Shown one piece after another: positions 17,629-31,838 of a stretch of 64,000 nucleotides of DNA (the stretch's first letter is position 1; each line of letters starts with the position of its first letter). The stretch comes from an uncultured Gammaproteobacteria bacterium. Lineage in GTDB: Bacteria > Pseudomonadota > Gammaproteobacteria > Xanthomonadales > SZUA-36. A program made the translations under genes and the position numbers. The notes under the pieces are model-generated. The model was not told the origin of the DNA. It saw nothing but the letters and a program-made list of their open reading frames with translations, and made no database searches. Location of the stretch: assembly GCA_963815185.1 (NCBI GenBank), contig CAWFGC010000011.1, positions 443,618 to 507,617 on the forward strand, read 5' to 3'.

Positions 17629-18221
17629 GCGCTGCTATGGCCTGAAACGAGTTGAATTTCCGTCTTGCCTTCGATCGGCGGGCGATGATTGCCGTGGGTG
17701 GCAACAACGCAGGCGCCGCCGTCGCTGCTGTGTTCCTGCAACAGCCGGTCGACCAGGCCGATGCCTTCATTGTCCAGATTGGAATAGGGCTCATCGAGCA
17801 GCCACAGCTCCGCGCGGCTCAGTAACAGACGCGCCAGCGCACAGCGCTTGCGCTGGCCGGCGGACAAGGTTCGGGCCAGTTGATCCGCCACCCGGTACAA
17901 GCCTAGCTGTTCGATCACCGCGGCCACGCTACGTGTGCCGCTACCCAGAAAATCACGCGCGAAACGCACGTTCTCGACCACGGTCAGGTCATCCTTGATC
18001 GCGAGCAAATGGCCGACGTAGGCGGTACCCGCCGCCGTGGATTTGATATTGCCTTCGCTGGCGGTCAGAATGCCGGCCAGCAAGCGGATCAACGTGGTTT
18101 TGCCACATCCATTGGCGCCGGTGACCAGCAGCAATCCACCGGCATCCAGCTGGAAATCCAGTGGTTTGAAAACCGGTTGAAAATAGCGTTCAAAAGCAAG
18201 CTGTGAGACGGTAAGCATCAA
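17625..18221 (-). CDS. ccmA: heme ABC exporter ATP-binding protein CcmA
   Basis: Walker A is GANGCGKTT, the ABC signature is LSAGQRKR, and Walker B is LWLLDEP. Confidence 0.9.
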
Positions 18222-18365
18222 ATCGGAAGCAGTGTCATTTCAGAGTTCGCGCTATGCTACGGACTCGCCGAGGCCAAGTCCATTGCCGAACCCCGGGAAA
18301 TTGATGCAGATCATCGCATCTTTTGCTTTCCTGACCAGATTGGAACTTGTATTGGAATCTTTACC

Positions 18366-19740
18366 ATGAGCGGATACGATTTCGACCTATTGGTGCTGGG
18401 CGCCGGATCGGGCGGCGTGCGGGCCGCACGCGTCGCAGCCGCGCATGGGGCCCGGGTGGCCATTTGCGAGGAAAGCCGGGTGGGCGGCACCTGTGTCATC
18501 CGCGGTTGTGTGCCGAAAAAACTGCTGGTCTACGCTTCGCATTTTTCCGAAGATTTCGCCGATGCGGCGGGCTTTGGCTGGACGGTGCCGGAGCCCGGTT
18601 TCAGTTGGCCCGGGCTGATTGCGGCCAAAAACCGTGAAATTGACCGCCTGAATCAGATCTACCTGCAACTGCTGGAAGAATCCGGCGTGGTCGTGTTGCA
18701 ACAGCATGCCAGTTTCATCGATCCGCACAGCGTCCGCGTGGGTGAGCAGGCCATTACCGCCGAGTACATCCTCATCGCTACCGGCGGGCACCCCTGGGTG
18801 CCGGAAATTCCGGGCATCGAACATGCGATCACGTCTGATCAGGCCTTCGACCTGCCTGAGCTGCCAGCACGGGTAGTGATCGTAGGCGGCGGCTATATCG
18901 CCTGCGAATTTGCCGGTATTTTCAATGGCCTGGGCAGCCAGGTGACGCAGGTGTACCGCGGTGATGCGTTGCTGCGGGGCTTCGATCAGGATGTGCGGGC
19001 CGTTGTGACCGCAGAAATGCGCAAGAAGGGTATCGATGTGCATGCTGGAGCGCCAGGTCGACCGGCTTGATGCAGCCGCTTCCGCTCTGGGTGTGACGCT
19101 CGATAATGGAAAGATTTTGCCGGCGGATCAGGTCTTGTACGCAACCGGGCGTGTGCCCAACGTGCGCTCCCTCGATCTCGAGAACAGTGGGGTGGCGTTG
19201 CATCCGGGAGGCTGGGTTTTGGTGGATGAGCATTCGCGCACCAATGTGGCGCATATTTACGCGGTCGGCGATGTGACCAGCCGCGTCAATCTGACACCGG
19301 TCGCCATATACGAGGGACATGCATTTGCCGATTCGGTGTTTGGCGGGAATTTACGGCCGGTGGGGCATGAATTTATCCCATCGGCGGTTTTTTGCCAGCC
19401 GCCGGTGGCGGCCATCGGCTTCACTGAAAGCGAGGCGATGACCCATTATGGCGAAATCGATGTCTACCGTTCGGATTTCCGGCCGCTGAAACACACCCTG
19501 TCGGGACGGCGGGAGAAGACCATGATGAAACTGATTGTGGCAAAAGCCAGTCAAAGGGTGGTTGGCATTCATATTGTGGGTATGGATGCGCCTGAAATTG
19601 TTCAGGGTTTTGCCGTTGCAGTAAAATCCGGGCTGAGCAAACAGCAGTTCGACGCGACGATTGGCATACACCCCACCGCAGCGGAAGAACTGGTTACAAT
19701 GCGCAAACCCATCAATCGACAGGGTCAGGGAAGAGGTTGA
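18366..19740 (+). pseudogene. gor: glutathione-disulfide reductase, frameshifted near 19040
   Basis: ORF 18366..19070 carries GAGSGG and the redox centre [16 protein letters not shown] 19036..19740 carries the dimerisation domain with GIHPTAAEE. The two are offset by +1 at ...KKGIDVH / LERQVDRL... Total length is 1375 nt. Confidence 0.85.
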
Positions 19741-19743
19741 ATC

Positions 19744-22700
19744 ATGGTTTCAGGATGGAAACAATTCCTGGTGTTGCTGGCCCTGGTGCTGCCTTCAGCA
19801 GTGATGGCGGAAAGCAACAGCGGACAGCCCGGCCACCTGCAGCGCTATGTCATTGAACTCAAGGACGCGCCTCTGGCCAGCTTCGCCGGCGGCGAACCCC
19901 CCAGTGCTGCATTGATCGCGCCTGAGGAACGACTGGAAGCCACCAGTCCCGCGGTCACGGGTGCGCGTAAACTCGACGTGCGTACACCGCGATCCCAGAA
20001 CTACCTGCGCTACCTGGACAGAACGCACGATGCCTTCCGCCTCGATGCCGCCGTGTTGCTCGGCCGTACCGTCAATCCGGTTTCCGTTTACCGCAATGCG
20101 CTGAATGGAATGGCCGTGGATCTGACGGCTGCGGAGGCTGAAGCCCTGGCAAAGTCGCCCTACGTCAAATCCATCCGCAAGGACACTCGAAACCGCCTGG
20201 AGACGGACGCCGGTCCGGAGTGGATTGGCGCCGGCGAGATCTGGACGGGCGACAGCGGTTTTCCCGCCACCAAGGGGGAGGGTGTGGTCATCGGCATGAT
20301 CGATTCCGGAATCAACTGGGATCATCCCTCCTTTGCCGATCCCGGCAACGACGGCTACCACTATACCAACCCATTCGGCTCGCAGCTCGGTTTGTGCAGC
20401 GATACTGAGGTCAAGTGCAATGGCAAACTGGTGGGCGTCTACGATTTTGTCGAAGACGACCCCGACACCACCGACGTAGTGGAGGAAAACAACAATGGCA
20501 AAGACAATTCCGGCCACGGCAGCCACACCTCTTCGATTGCCGCCGGCAATGTTTTGAATGTGACCGTCAACGGCACTGCGAATGCGAAGATATCCGGTGT
20601 GGCCCCGCATGCCAATATCGTCGCCTACCGCGTCTGTTACATCGGCGATCCGCCTGACCCGGGAGGCGGCGGATGTCTGGGTTCGGCCATTCTTTCGGCC
20701 ATCGACCAGGCGATTGCAGACGGCGTGGATGTGATCAATTATTCGATCGGCACCGACGCATTCAATCCCTGGGCTCCCGGCAGCATACCGCAGGCGTTTC
20801 TCAACGCGCGCAATGCCGGTATTTTCGTCGCCACTTCGGCCGGTAATGAAGGTCCGAATGCCGGCACTGTCGGCTCTCCGGCCAATGCGCCGTGGGTGGT
20901 TGGCGTCGGCAACGCTTCGCACAACCGTATTTTTGCCAGCATCGTGCAGAACCTGAGCGGGGGTGATACCCAGCCGCCCGGTGATCTGATCGGCGCCAGC
21001 CTCAGCGCAGGGCTTGGCACCCGCAAGATCGTATATGCCGGGGATTATGGCTCCGCCCTGTGCGGCACGGGTGAGGCGGAAGCTGGCGGCCACTTGCTCC
21101 GGACAATAAGGGTTTGAGCAATCCCTGGAGTGGCCAGCACCCGTTCAATGGTGAGATCGTGGTATGCGATCGCGGCACCTATGGCCGCGTGGAAAAAGGC
21201 AAGAACGTGATGCTGGCCGGGGCGGGGGGCTACATCCTCGCCAATACCGAGACTGGATGGCGAATCGATTGTCGCCGATGACCATTGCCTGCCCGGCAGC
21301 CACATCGGCGAACAGGATGGCGACAAACTGCGCGCCTGGCTGGCCAGTGGCAGCAACCATATGGGCTCGCTCTCGGGGTTTACCCTGGCCAAGGATGATA
21401 AATTCGGCGACCAGATTTTCAGCAGCAGCTCCCGCGGCCCGGCCTTGTCACCGGTGCAGGATACCTTGAAGCCCAACCTGATTGCGCCCGGCACCGAGAT
21501 TCTGGCGGCTTCGAATGTGGCTGGAGAGTTCCTGGTCCTGTCGGGAACTTCGATGGCTTCGCCGCATATCGCGGGTTCGGCCGCATTGATACGTGCCGTG
21601 CACCCCGACTGGAGCGTGGCGCAAATTGCATCCTCACTGGAAACGACGGCGACTGCGGCCCTGGCCAAAGACAGTGATGGCGGCGTGGCAACGCCGTTTG
21701 ATCGTGGCGCCGGCCGCCCACGTCTGGGTGAAGCCGTCAATGCGGGGCTATACCTGGATGTGACCGGAACGGAATTCACCAGCGCCAATCCTTTGTCCGG
21801 CGGGAATCCGAAAAACCTCAACCTGAGCGGTCTGGTGGACTCTGCCTGCCAGGGCATTTGCACCTTGAATCGCAAGGTCAAAGACCAGATGGGTGGTGGC
21901 AGTTGGAGCGCCACGGCAGAGCATTTTCCCGCTGGCGTCAGTGTCAAGATCACACCGGCCAATTTCTCTTTGACCAATGGCGGTTCGCAGTCATTGACGG
22001 TCGAAATCAACTTGCAGGCGAGCGGAATCATCGGTGAATGGGTTTACGGCGATATTCTGCTGACGGCCGCCGGTTCGCCGGACCAGGCCCTGACGGTGGC
22101 GGTGTTTTCATCGGGCGGCAATCTGCCTGATCAATGGACGATTACCGACAATCGCGATGTAGGGTCGGCGGAATTCACCCTGGACAATTTGGTGGCGCTG
22201 CCGGATGCCACCTTTACCAGCGGCGGACTGGTGGCGCCGAAAAGAACGAAGCAAACGCTGAAGGAAGACCCGACGAATGATGATCCTTTTGACGGCGGTC
22301 AGGGGGTATACACCGTCTGGCACAATCTGCCCCAGGGCGGCTTGTGGCTGCATGCCGAGACGCTGAGTTCCAGTGCCGACGATGTGGATTTGTTCGTCGG
22401 CCGCGATGACAACGAGGATGGCGTCGCCGATGCAGAGGAGCAGTTGTGCGAGAGCACGACGCCCTCCGATCTGGAAAATTGTGACCTGTTCAATCTCCCC
22501 GCCGGGAACTACTGGATCGTGGTGCAGAACTGGGATGGCGGCCTGCCGGCGGACGATGACGTCACGCTGCTGAGCGCGGCCATCAACCGGTCTAACAGTT
22601 CAACGCTGGTGGCAAGCGGCCCCGGCATCGTTGGTGATCACGAACCGTTCACCGTGCGCGTCAGTTGGAGCAACATCAATGCACCGTCAGGGACGCAATG

Positions 22701-23904
22701 GCTGGGTGCAGTAGGCATCGGCTCAAGTCGCAGCACCCCCTACAATATCGGAATCATCCCGGTGCGTTTCAACCGCGATGGCTACGATACCTCGCGGACA
22801 CTGCCGCTGATGAACGGGATCGATCAAAAACTGGCGCTGGCCGGCAATGCAAAGCACGAGCGCTTGTTTATCGACATTCCGCCGGGCGTGACGGCGCTGA
22901 ACATTACCGCCAATGGCGCCACCAGCGCTCAAAGCGACGGGCTCAGCATGCAAGTTTACCGGCAGGCTTTTAACGCCGCGTTGAGCAATCCGCCTTTCGC
23001 CAAATTGCCAGCCGCGCTGACAGCGCTTGCATCTGCATCCGGTTCGGGCGGCAACGGCCCGGCCATCGCGCTCTCCGGTTCGGTTGCCCAAGGCCGCTAT
23101 TTCGTCAAGCTGAGCAACACTTCCGCCAGTGCCGCCAGGGTCACCATCACGGCGACGGCAACGTCGGGTGCATCGACTCTGAATCCCCACCGCGGACTGT
23201 GGGATTTCGACCGCGCTATTTCGCAGGGTGCGGAGTGGAACGGAACCGGCGCGGTCAGGTTTTCGATCTGGTATGCCTACGATGAAGCGGGCCAGCCCAC
23301 CTGGTACCTTGCCAGTGGCTCCGCGGTCACGGGAAATATCTGGACCGCCGATCTGATGCGCGTGACCAATGACGGCGAAGAGCAACAGGAAACGATCGTC
23401 GGCAAGCTTTCGATTACCTTCATTGCCAACGACCGGCTGATCTACAGTTACACCCTGCTCGGCCAGTCGGGCTTCGACAGCATGCACCCGAACGGCCCGA
23501 ATACCTGTCCGGTTGTCGGCGGAGGCCCAAAGAGCTATACCGGCCATTGGTATCGAGGTATGTCCGGGCTGGGGGGGGCGACGGTACTGGCTTACTCTAA
23601 CGCCAACGCGCAGGTGCATTATATCTTCGACGCAAACGGCGAGCCGCGCTGGGTGCTCGCTGCGCACGACAATGACCCGTCGCCCGTCCCGGGCGTGCTG
23701 CAGTTGCTGCAGTTCAACGGCTTTTGTGCGGTCTGCACGCCGGCGGATGTAAGCTATCAGAATGCCGGTAACATCAGTTATGCCTTTGGCACCGAGATTA
23801 GCGGCAACTGGACGCTGAATCTGGACCTGGATTCACCCCTGGCGCAGAGCATCGACCGTGCCGACAGCGTGGTGAAATTGTCCGATGCCCTGAGTTGCGA
23901 ATGA
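19744..23904 (+). pseudogene. secreted S8 subtilase with I9 propeptide, PA domain and long C-terminal extension; two compensating frameshifts in the PA domain
   Basis: It has a signal peptide and the catalytic residues Asp (IGMIDSGIN), His (NSGHGSHTSS) and Ser (LSGTSMASPHIAG). The segment ~21085-21253 (RPLAPDNKGLSNPWSGQHPFNGEIVVCDRGTYGRVEKGKNVMLAGAGGYILANTET) reads in a different frame from both flanks. Confidence 0.85.
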
Positions 23905-23907
23905 CCA

Positions 23908-25200
23908 TTATTGCCCGTTGGCCCAATGCCGGATGATTCCGACCAGCCGCGCGCAATCCTCAAAGCTGTTGTACAGCGGCACCGGCGCCACGCGGATCAC
24001 GTCGGGTTCGCGCCAGTCCGGAACCACGCCTTGCTGTTCCAGGTGATCGAAGAGCTTTCTGCCCGCTTCGCGCCCGGCGAGCACGCGCAGTGACAACTGG
24101 CAGCCGCGGCGCTGCGCCTGTGCCGGCGTGATGATCTGCAGCGCTTCACCGAGTTCTTCGTCAACCTGCTTCGCCAGCCAGTCTGTCATGGCGATGGATT
24201 TTCGCCGCAAGGCAGCCATGCCTGCGCGCTCGAACACCTCGAGCGAAGCACGCAAAGGCGCCATCGCCAGCGTGGTATGGGTGGAAAGTTGCCAGGCATC
24301 GGCACCCGGTGCCGGGTTGAATTCCGGCGCCATCCTGAAGCGCGTGGCCAGATCGTTGCCGAACCAGCCGTTGAGCCGGGGCAGGTCGCTGCGGCCATGG
24401 TGGCGCTCATCGACGAACATGCCGCCGACCGAGCCGGGACCCGCGTTGAGGTACTTGTAAGTACACCAGGCAGCAAAATCACAGCCGCTGTCTTTCAGGG
24501 ACAAGGGGATGTTGCCGATGCCGTGCGCGAGGTCGAAACCAACGTTCGAGCCGCATGCCCGCGCGGCGGCGGCGATGCGGCCGAGGTCGAATACCTGCCC
24601 GGTGGCATACTGCACGCCGGGCCACAGGACCAGCGCCACGCTTTGCCCGTGCTTGCGCAAATACGCTTCAATCTGTTCCTCTTCCAGCAATCGCTCGCCA
24701 TCCGGGGGTGAAAGTTCCACCAGGCAATCAGCCGGGTCCAGTTGGTGCAAGCGAATTTGCGATTCCACCGCATAGCGGTCAGAAGGAAAGGCGTGCTGTT
24801 CGATCAGAATGCGCCGCCGCGCGCCTTGCGGCCGGTAAAAACTGATCATCGCCAGGTGCAGATTGACCGTCAGCGTGTTCATCGTGGCAATTTCATGCTC
24901 GCCCACGCCGAGCATCGCCGCCTGGCCGGCACGCAAGCCCTGGTGGTAGGTGATCCACGGCCGTTCGCCGCTGAAGTGCCCGTCGACCGCACGATCTCTC
25001 CAGGCGGCCAGCACTTCCTCCAGCGCCGATGGCACCGACCGATGCTGCAGGCCCAGCGAGTTGCCGCAGAAGTACAATTTATCGCTGCCGTCCGCGTTTT
25101 TGGGAAAGCTGAATTCCGCGCGAAAGTCGCGCAGCGGATCGGCGAGGTCCAGCCGCCGCGCGGTCTGCAGCAGCGTTTCATCACGTGTTTTGCCGGTCAT
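23908..25200 (-). CDS. kynU: kynureninase
   Basis: [11 protein letters not shown]...[15 protein letters not shown] has the PLP-Lys context. The ATG at 25200 gives a typical 430 aa protein. Confidence 0.85.
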   Translation of the reverse strand: MTGKTRDETLLQTARRLDLADPLRDFRAEFSFPKNADGSDKLYFCGNSLGLQHRSVPSALEEVLAAWRDRAVDGHFSGERPWITYHQGLRAGQAAMLGVGEHEIATMNTLTVNLHLAMISFYRPQGARRRILIEQHAFPSDRYAVESQIRLHQLDPADCLVELSPPDGERLLEEEQIEAYLRKHGQSVALVLWPGVQYATGQVFDLGRIAAAARACGSNVGFDLAHGIGNIPLSLKDSGCDFAAWCTYKYLNAGPGSVGGMFVDERHHGRSDLPRLNGWFGNDLATRFRMAPEFNPAPGADAWQLSTHTTLAMAPLRASLEVFERAGMAALRRKSIAMTDWLAKQVDEELGEALQIITPAQAQRRGCQLSLRVLAGREAGRKLFDHLEQQGVVPDWREPDVIRVAPVPLYNSFEDCARLVGIIRHWANGQ

Positions 25201-25347
25201 TTCAATCGGTTTCCTCACGGTTTTTGCAGTACCGGAACAATTACCGGATTGGGCGATTATACGGGTGAAGATGGTTATGGCACGATCAGGCAGGGCGCCC
25301 GAGGTTACAATGCCCCATTTTTCGTACGCTACCGTTTCGAGGATGTT

Positions 25348-27482
<2,135 letters not shown>

Positions 27483-27631
27483 GCCGGGAAAAGAAAAGAC
27501 CCCCCGCCATATGCGGGCCGGAATGTTTGATTTATAATGCTCGGCTGCACCAGCGGATAAGATCCGGCCTCGATTGATTTGAACCGAATGGCCCCCATTT
27601 CCGCTCCATACCGATAAATGCGAGGATTTTC

Positions 27632-27955
27632 ATGGATTTCTTCATTGCCAGCGCTTACGCACAGGATGGAACGCCCCAGGGTGGTTTGCTGTCCTTTCTT
27701 CCGCTCATCGTTATCTTCGTGGTGTTTTATTTCCTTTTGATCCGCCCGCAAATGAAACGGGCCAAAGAGCACAAGCTGTTGGTGTCCAAACTGGCCGTCG
27801 GCGATGAAATTGTGAGCAACGGCGGGCTGCTCGGGCGGGTCACCCAGGTCGGCGATTCCTTTCTTACGGTCGAATTGGCGGATAATGTGAAAATCAAGCT
27901 GCAAAAGCATATGGTCGCCAACGTCATGCCCAAAGGCACAATAAAAACCGCTTGA
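27632..27955 (+). CDS. yajC: preprotein translocase subunit YajC
   Basis: FLPLIVIFVVFYFLLIRPQMKRAKEH is present, and the gene sits upstream of secDF. Confidence 0.9.
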   Translation: MDFFIASAYAQDGTPQGGLLSFLPLIVIFVVFYFLLIRPQMKRAKEHKLLVSKLAVGDEIVSNGGLLGRVTQVGDSFLTVELADNVKIKLQKHMVANVMPKGTIKTA

Positions 27956-28017
27956 AAATACAGTTACACTGAAACCTTTCCCTATTCCCAATTCATTCCG
28001 CTCCCCGAGGCCGAATA

Positions 28018-29850
28018 ATGAATCAATATCCAGCCTGGAAGTATGTGCTGATCCTGGTCATCCTGGTGGTGGGCGTTTTGTATGCGCTGCCCAACCTGTG
28101 GGGTGAAGACCCGGCTTTGCAGGTCACTTCCGGCCGCGGTTTCGCCATACCCGCGGATCTGGCAACGACCATTGATGACGCGCTGACGGCAAATCAGATC
28201 AAGTACAAAAGTCAGGAGCAGAACGGGAACCGGCTGCTGTACCGTTTCTTTTCGACGCAGGATCAGCTACTGGCCGCTGATTTCGTCAAGAAAGCCCTGG
28301 GGGAGCAGTACATCGTAGCGCTCAATCTGGCGCACTCGACACCGGCCTGGCTGCGCGCGCTGGGCGGCAAACCCATGACACTGGGCCTTGACTTGCAGGG
28401 GGGTGTGCACTTTCTGATGCAGGTGGACATGGATACGGCCAGAAGCCAGCAACTGGACCGTTATGTCGACGATATCCGCGCCTCCTTGCGCGATGCAGGC
28501 ATCCGCTATGTTTCCGTCCGTCACGAGGGTAATGGATTGCTGGCGCTGTTGCGCACTGCTGAAGACCGCCAGAAAACGCTGGACCTGTTGAAGACCGACC
28601 AGAGTCTGCAGGGCCTGGATGTTACCGAAGTCACGATTGGCGATAATTTTGGTCTGTCTGCCAAGGTGCAGGAAAAGCAGTTGCAGGCGCTGCAGCAAAC
28701 TGCCCTGAAACAGAACATCACGACCTTGAGAAACCGGGTCAATGAAATCGGCGTGGCCGAGCCGATTATTCAGCAGCAGGGCGCAGACCGGGTCGTAGTC
28801 CAGTTACCCGGCGTGCAGGACACGGTCGAAGCGAAGAAAATCATCGGCGCCACCGCCACGCTGGAATACCGCGCCGTGGATGAGCAGAACGACGCCTTCA
28901 CCGCGTCGCAATCGGGCCGCGTGCCTCCGGAAGACAGGCTGTACACCGACAACAATGGCCGGCCCGTTTTGCTGAAGAAGCGCCTGATCGTTTCCGGCGA
29001 TCAGCTCATTGGCGCATCTTCGGGTTTCGACCAGCGCACCAGCGAACCCGAGGTCAGCGTGACACTGGACGGGGTGGGCGCCAAACGCATGCTCGATTTT
29101 ACCCGTAACAACGTGGGCAACCGCATGGCGGTGGTTTATATCGAACAAAAGCCCGGCGGTCATAAAACCGAGGAAGTGATCAGCGTGGCCGTGGTGCGCG
29201 AGCCCTTCAGCAAGCGCTTCCAGACCACCGGGCTGGGCTCCATCAGTGAGGCCAGTCAGCTTGCGCTGCTGCTGCGCGCGGGCGCACTGGCTGCACCCAT
29301 GGAAATCGTGGAAGAGCGTACCGTCGGACCCAGCCTTGGCGCGGATAACGTCGCCCAGGGGTTCAAGTCGGTGGTCATCGGCTTTCTGCTGGTGCTGGTG
29401 CTGATGGGCTTCTACTATCGCATATTCGGCCTGGTGGCCAACCTCGCTCTGTTCACCAACATTTTTCTGCTGGTGTCATTGCTCTCGATGCTGGGCGCCA
29501 CGCTGACCATGCCGGGTATTGCCGGTATCGTCCTGACGGTGGGCATGGCCGTGGATGCGAATGTGCTGATCTTCGAGCGCATCCGTGAAGAATTGCGCAA
29601 TGGCAATACCAACCAGGCCAGTATCCGTGCCGGCTATGACAAGGCCTTTTCCACCATCGCCGATGCCAACATCACGACATTGATCGCGGCCTTCGTATTG
29701 TTCCTGTTTGGCACCGGCCCGGTCAAAGGCTTCGCGGTCACACTGTCCCTGGGTATCGTGACTTCCATGTTTACCGCGATCATGGGGACCCGGGCGGTGA
29801 TCAACCTGATTTACGGCGGCAAAAAGCGCGTCGTCAAGCTGTCTATCTGA
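28018..29850 (+). CDS. secD: protein translocase subunit SecD
   Basis: It is 610 aa with a large periplasmic domain and C-terminal TMs, including GIAGIVLTVGMAVDANVLIFERIREE. Confidence 0.95.
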   Translation: MNQYPAWKYVLILVILVVGVLYALPNLWGEDPALQVTSGRGFAIPADLATTIDDALTANQIKYKSQEQNGNRLLYRFFSTQDQLLAADFVKKALGEQYIVALNLAHSTPAWLRALGGKPMTLGLDLQGGVHFLMQVDMDTARSQQLDRYVDDIRASLRDAGIRYVSVRHEGNGLLALLRTAEDRQKTLDLLKTDQSLQGLDVTEVTIGDNFGLSAKVQEKQLQALQQTALKQNITTLRNRVNEIGVAEPIIQQQGADRVVVQLPGVQDTVEAKKIIGATATLEYRAVDEQNDAFTASQSGRVPPEDRLYTDNNGRPVLLKKRLIVSGDQLIGASSGFDQRTSEPEVSVTLDGVGAKRMLDFTRNNVGNRMAVVYIEQKPGGHKTEEVISVAVVREPFSKRFQTTGLGSISEASQLALLLRAGALAAPMEIVEERTVGPSLGADNVAQGFKSVVIGFLLVLVLMGFYYRIFGLVANLALFTNIFLLVSLLSMLGATLTMPGIAGIVLTVGMAVDANVLIFERIREELRNGNTNQASIRAGYDKAFSTIADANITTLIAAFVLFLFGTGPVKGFAVTLSLGIVTSMFTAIMGTRAVINLIYGGKKRVVKLSI

Positions 29851-29858
29851 GGTCTGTC

Positions 29859-30800
29859 ATGAGATTGCTAAAAAGCAAAACGAATTTTGATTTTATGAGT
29901 TTGGGCAATACCGCGGTGGCCCTGTCCATTATCTTCAGCATTCTCAGTATTGTGCTGTTGGTCGTTCGCGGACTGAACTTCGGCCTGGATTTTACCGGTG
30001 GCACCTTGATCGAAGTCAGCTACCCGGCTCCGCCCACCATCTCGGACGTGCGTGAGCATCTGGCCAATGCCGATCTTACCGATGCGGTGGTGCAGACCTT
30101 TGGCACCGCATCGGATATCGTCGTCCGCATCCCGCCCCGCAGTAAAGAAGAGAGCAGTGCGGAAATTTCCACGATTGTATTGAAGGCCTTGCAGCAGGGT
30201 GTGGATGGAGAGATTTCCATGCGCCGGGTCGAGTTTGTCGGTCCGCAGGTGGGTGAAGATCTCACCGAGCAAGGCATTCTGGCGGTTATCTACGCACTGA
30301 TTGGCATCTTTTTCTACGTCATGTTCCGTTTTCAGTGGCGCTTTTCAGTCGGTGCGGTGGTTGCGACTATTCACGATACCATCATGTGCATGGGCTTCCT
30401 GTCGCTGTTCCAGGTTGAATTCGATCTGACCGTGGTCGCGGCCTTGCTGGCGGTCATCGGCTATTCGCTCAACGACACCATCGTGCTGTTTGACCGCGTG
30501 CGGGAAAATTTCCCGCGCATGCTGAAGTCGGCGCCAAGGGACGTGATCAACACTTCCATCAATCAGACCCTGTCACGTACCTTGATGATGTCGATCACCA
30601 CGCTGCTGACCTTGATTGCACTGTTCATTTTTGGTGGACAGATCATCCACGCGTTTGCCTTTACCTTGATTGCCGGCGTCGTGGTGGGGACCTATTCCTC
30701 GATCTATGTCGCCAGCACATCCTTGTTGTATCTCGGGGTCAGCAAGTACGACCTGCTGCAGGTGGAAAAGGAAGGAGCCACGCTCGATACCCGGCCGTGA
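29859..30800 (+). CDS. secF: protein translocase subunit SecF
   Basis: GLDFTGGT and YSLNDTIVLFDRVREN are present. Confidence 0.95.
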   Translation: MRLLKSKTNFDFMSLGNTAVALSIIFSILSIVLLVVRGLNFGLDFTGGTLIEVSYPAPPTISDVREHLANADLTDAVVQTFGTASDIVVRIPPRSKEESSAEISTIVLKALQQGVDGEISMRRVEFVGPQVGEDLTEQGILAVIYALIGIFFYVMFRFQWRFSVGAVVATIHDTIMCMGFLSLFQVEFDLTVVAALLAVIGYSLNDTIVLFDRVRENFPRMLKSAPRDVINTSINQTLSRTLMMSITTLLTLIALFIFGGQIIHAFAFTLIAGVVVGTYSSIYVASTSLLYLGVSKYDLLQVEKEGATLDTRP

Positions 30801-30882
30801 TGCTCCCGATCAGGGCGTGAACCGTTCCGGCGCGAGCGCGGTCACGATTCAATTTGCCGGCTGACCAGGCGAAGACGGCAGT

Positions 30883-31761
30883 ATGATTCCCAACTTCACC
30901 GAACTGTTTGACCGCCCCGTCATCATCCTGTCGGCGCCGCGGTCAGGCAGCACTTTGCTGTTCGAGACGCTGTCCGAGGTCAGGGATGTCTGGACCATCG
31001 GCGGGGAAAGTCATCAGATCATCGAAGGCGTCAAAGAACTCAATCCGAACTCCACTCTGGTAGATTCCAACCGCTTGACGGGAGTTCACGCCAGCGACCC
31101 GATCATCCACTTCATGCGCAGGCGGTTCGCGCGCTTTTTGCGCGACCGGGATGGCCGCGAGTTTTTTCATCATCCCACGATCTCGCGGTTACGCTTCGTC
31201 GAGAAGACTCCGAAGAACGCCCTGCGTTTGCCGTTCATGGAAAAGATTTTTCCTGATGCGCTCTACATCTTTCTGTTCCGGGATGTGCGGGCAAATCTCA
31301 GCAGCATGATGGAAGCCTGGCGATCCCGCCGCTGGGTCACCTATCCGCGACTGCGTGACTGGCAGGGCCCACCATGGTCCCTGTTGCTGCCGCCGGGCTG
31401 GCAGCAAATGAACGGCCGTACCCTGCAAGAGATTTGCGCCTTTCAATGGGCCGCCGCCAACCGGATCGTGCTTGAAGATTTGCAGGACATTCCACGGCAC
31501 CGCTGGACAACGGTGAACTATCAGGCGCTGCTCGATGAGGCTGAAACCACCATCGAGAGACTTTGCGCATTCGCTGGTCTGGAGATGGATGAGCGCTTGC
31601 GCAGCAGATTACAAAAACCCTTGCCCCTGTCCCGCTTCACGCACACTCATCCGGCGGCCGATAAATGGCGTAAGAACGAACGTGAAATTGAATCTGTTCT
31701 GGATTCGCTGGCCGGCATCGAGCAACAGCTTGCTGCGCTGGGTTACCAGCGTACGAACTGA
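30883..31761 (+). CDS. sulfotransferase family protein
   Basis: The N-terminal PAPS loop ILSAPRSGSTLL is present. Confidence 0.6.
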   Translation: MIPNFTELFDRPVIILSAPRSGSTLLFETLSEVRDVWTIGGESHQIIEGVKELNPNSTLVDSNRLTGVHASDPIIHFMRRRFARFLRDRDGREFFHHPTISRLRFVEKTPKNALRLPFMEKIFPDALYIFLFRDVRANLSSMMEAWRSRRWVTYPRLRDWQGPPWSLLLPPGWQQMNGRTLQEICAFQWAAANRIVLEDLQDIPRHRWTTVNYQALLDEAETTIERLCAFAGLEMDERLRSRLQKPLPLSRFTHTHPAADKWRKNEREIESVLDSLAGIEQQLAALGYQRTN

Positions 31762-31838
31762 GAAGGATTGCGGTACGGGGAGCGGAACGATTCGCGTGGC
31801 CGAGGCCACGCGAACCCAGAGCATACAACTACAGCGAA

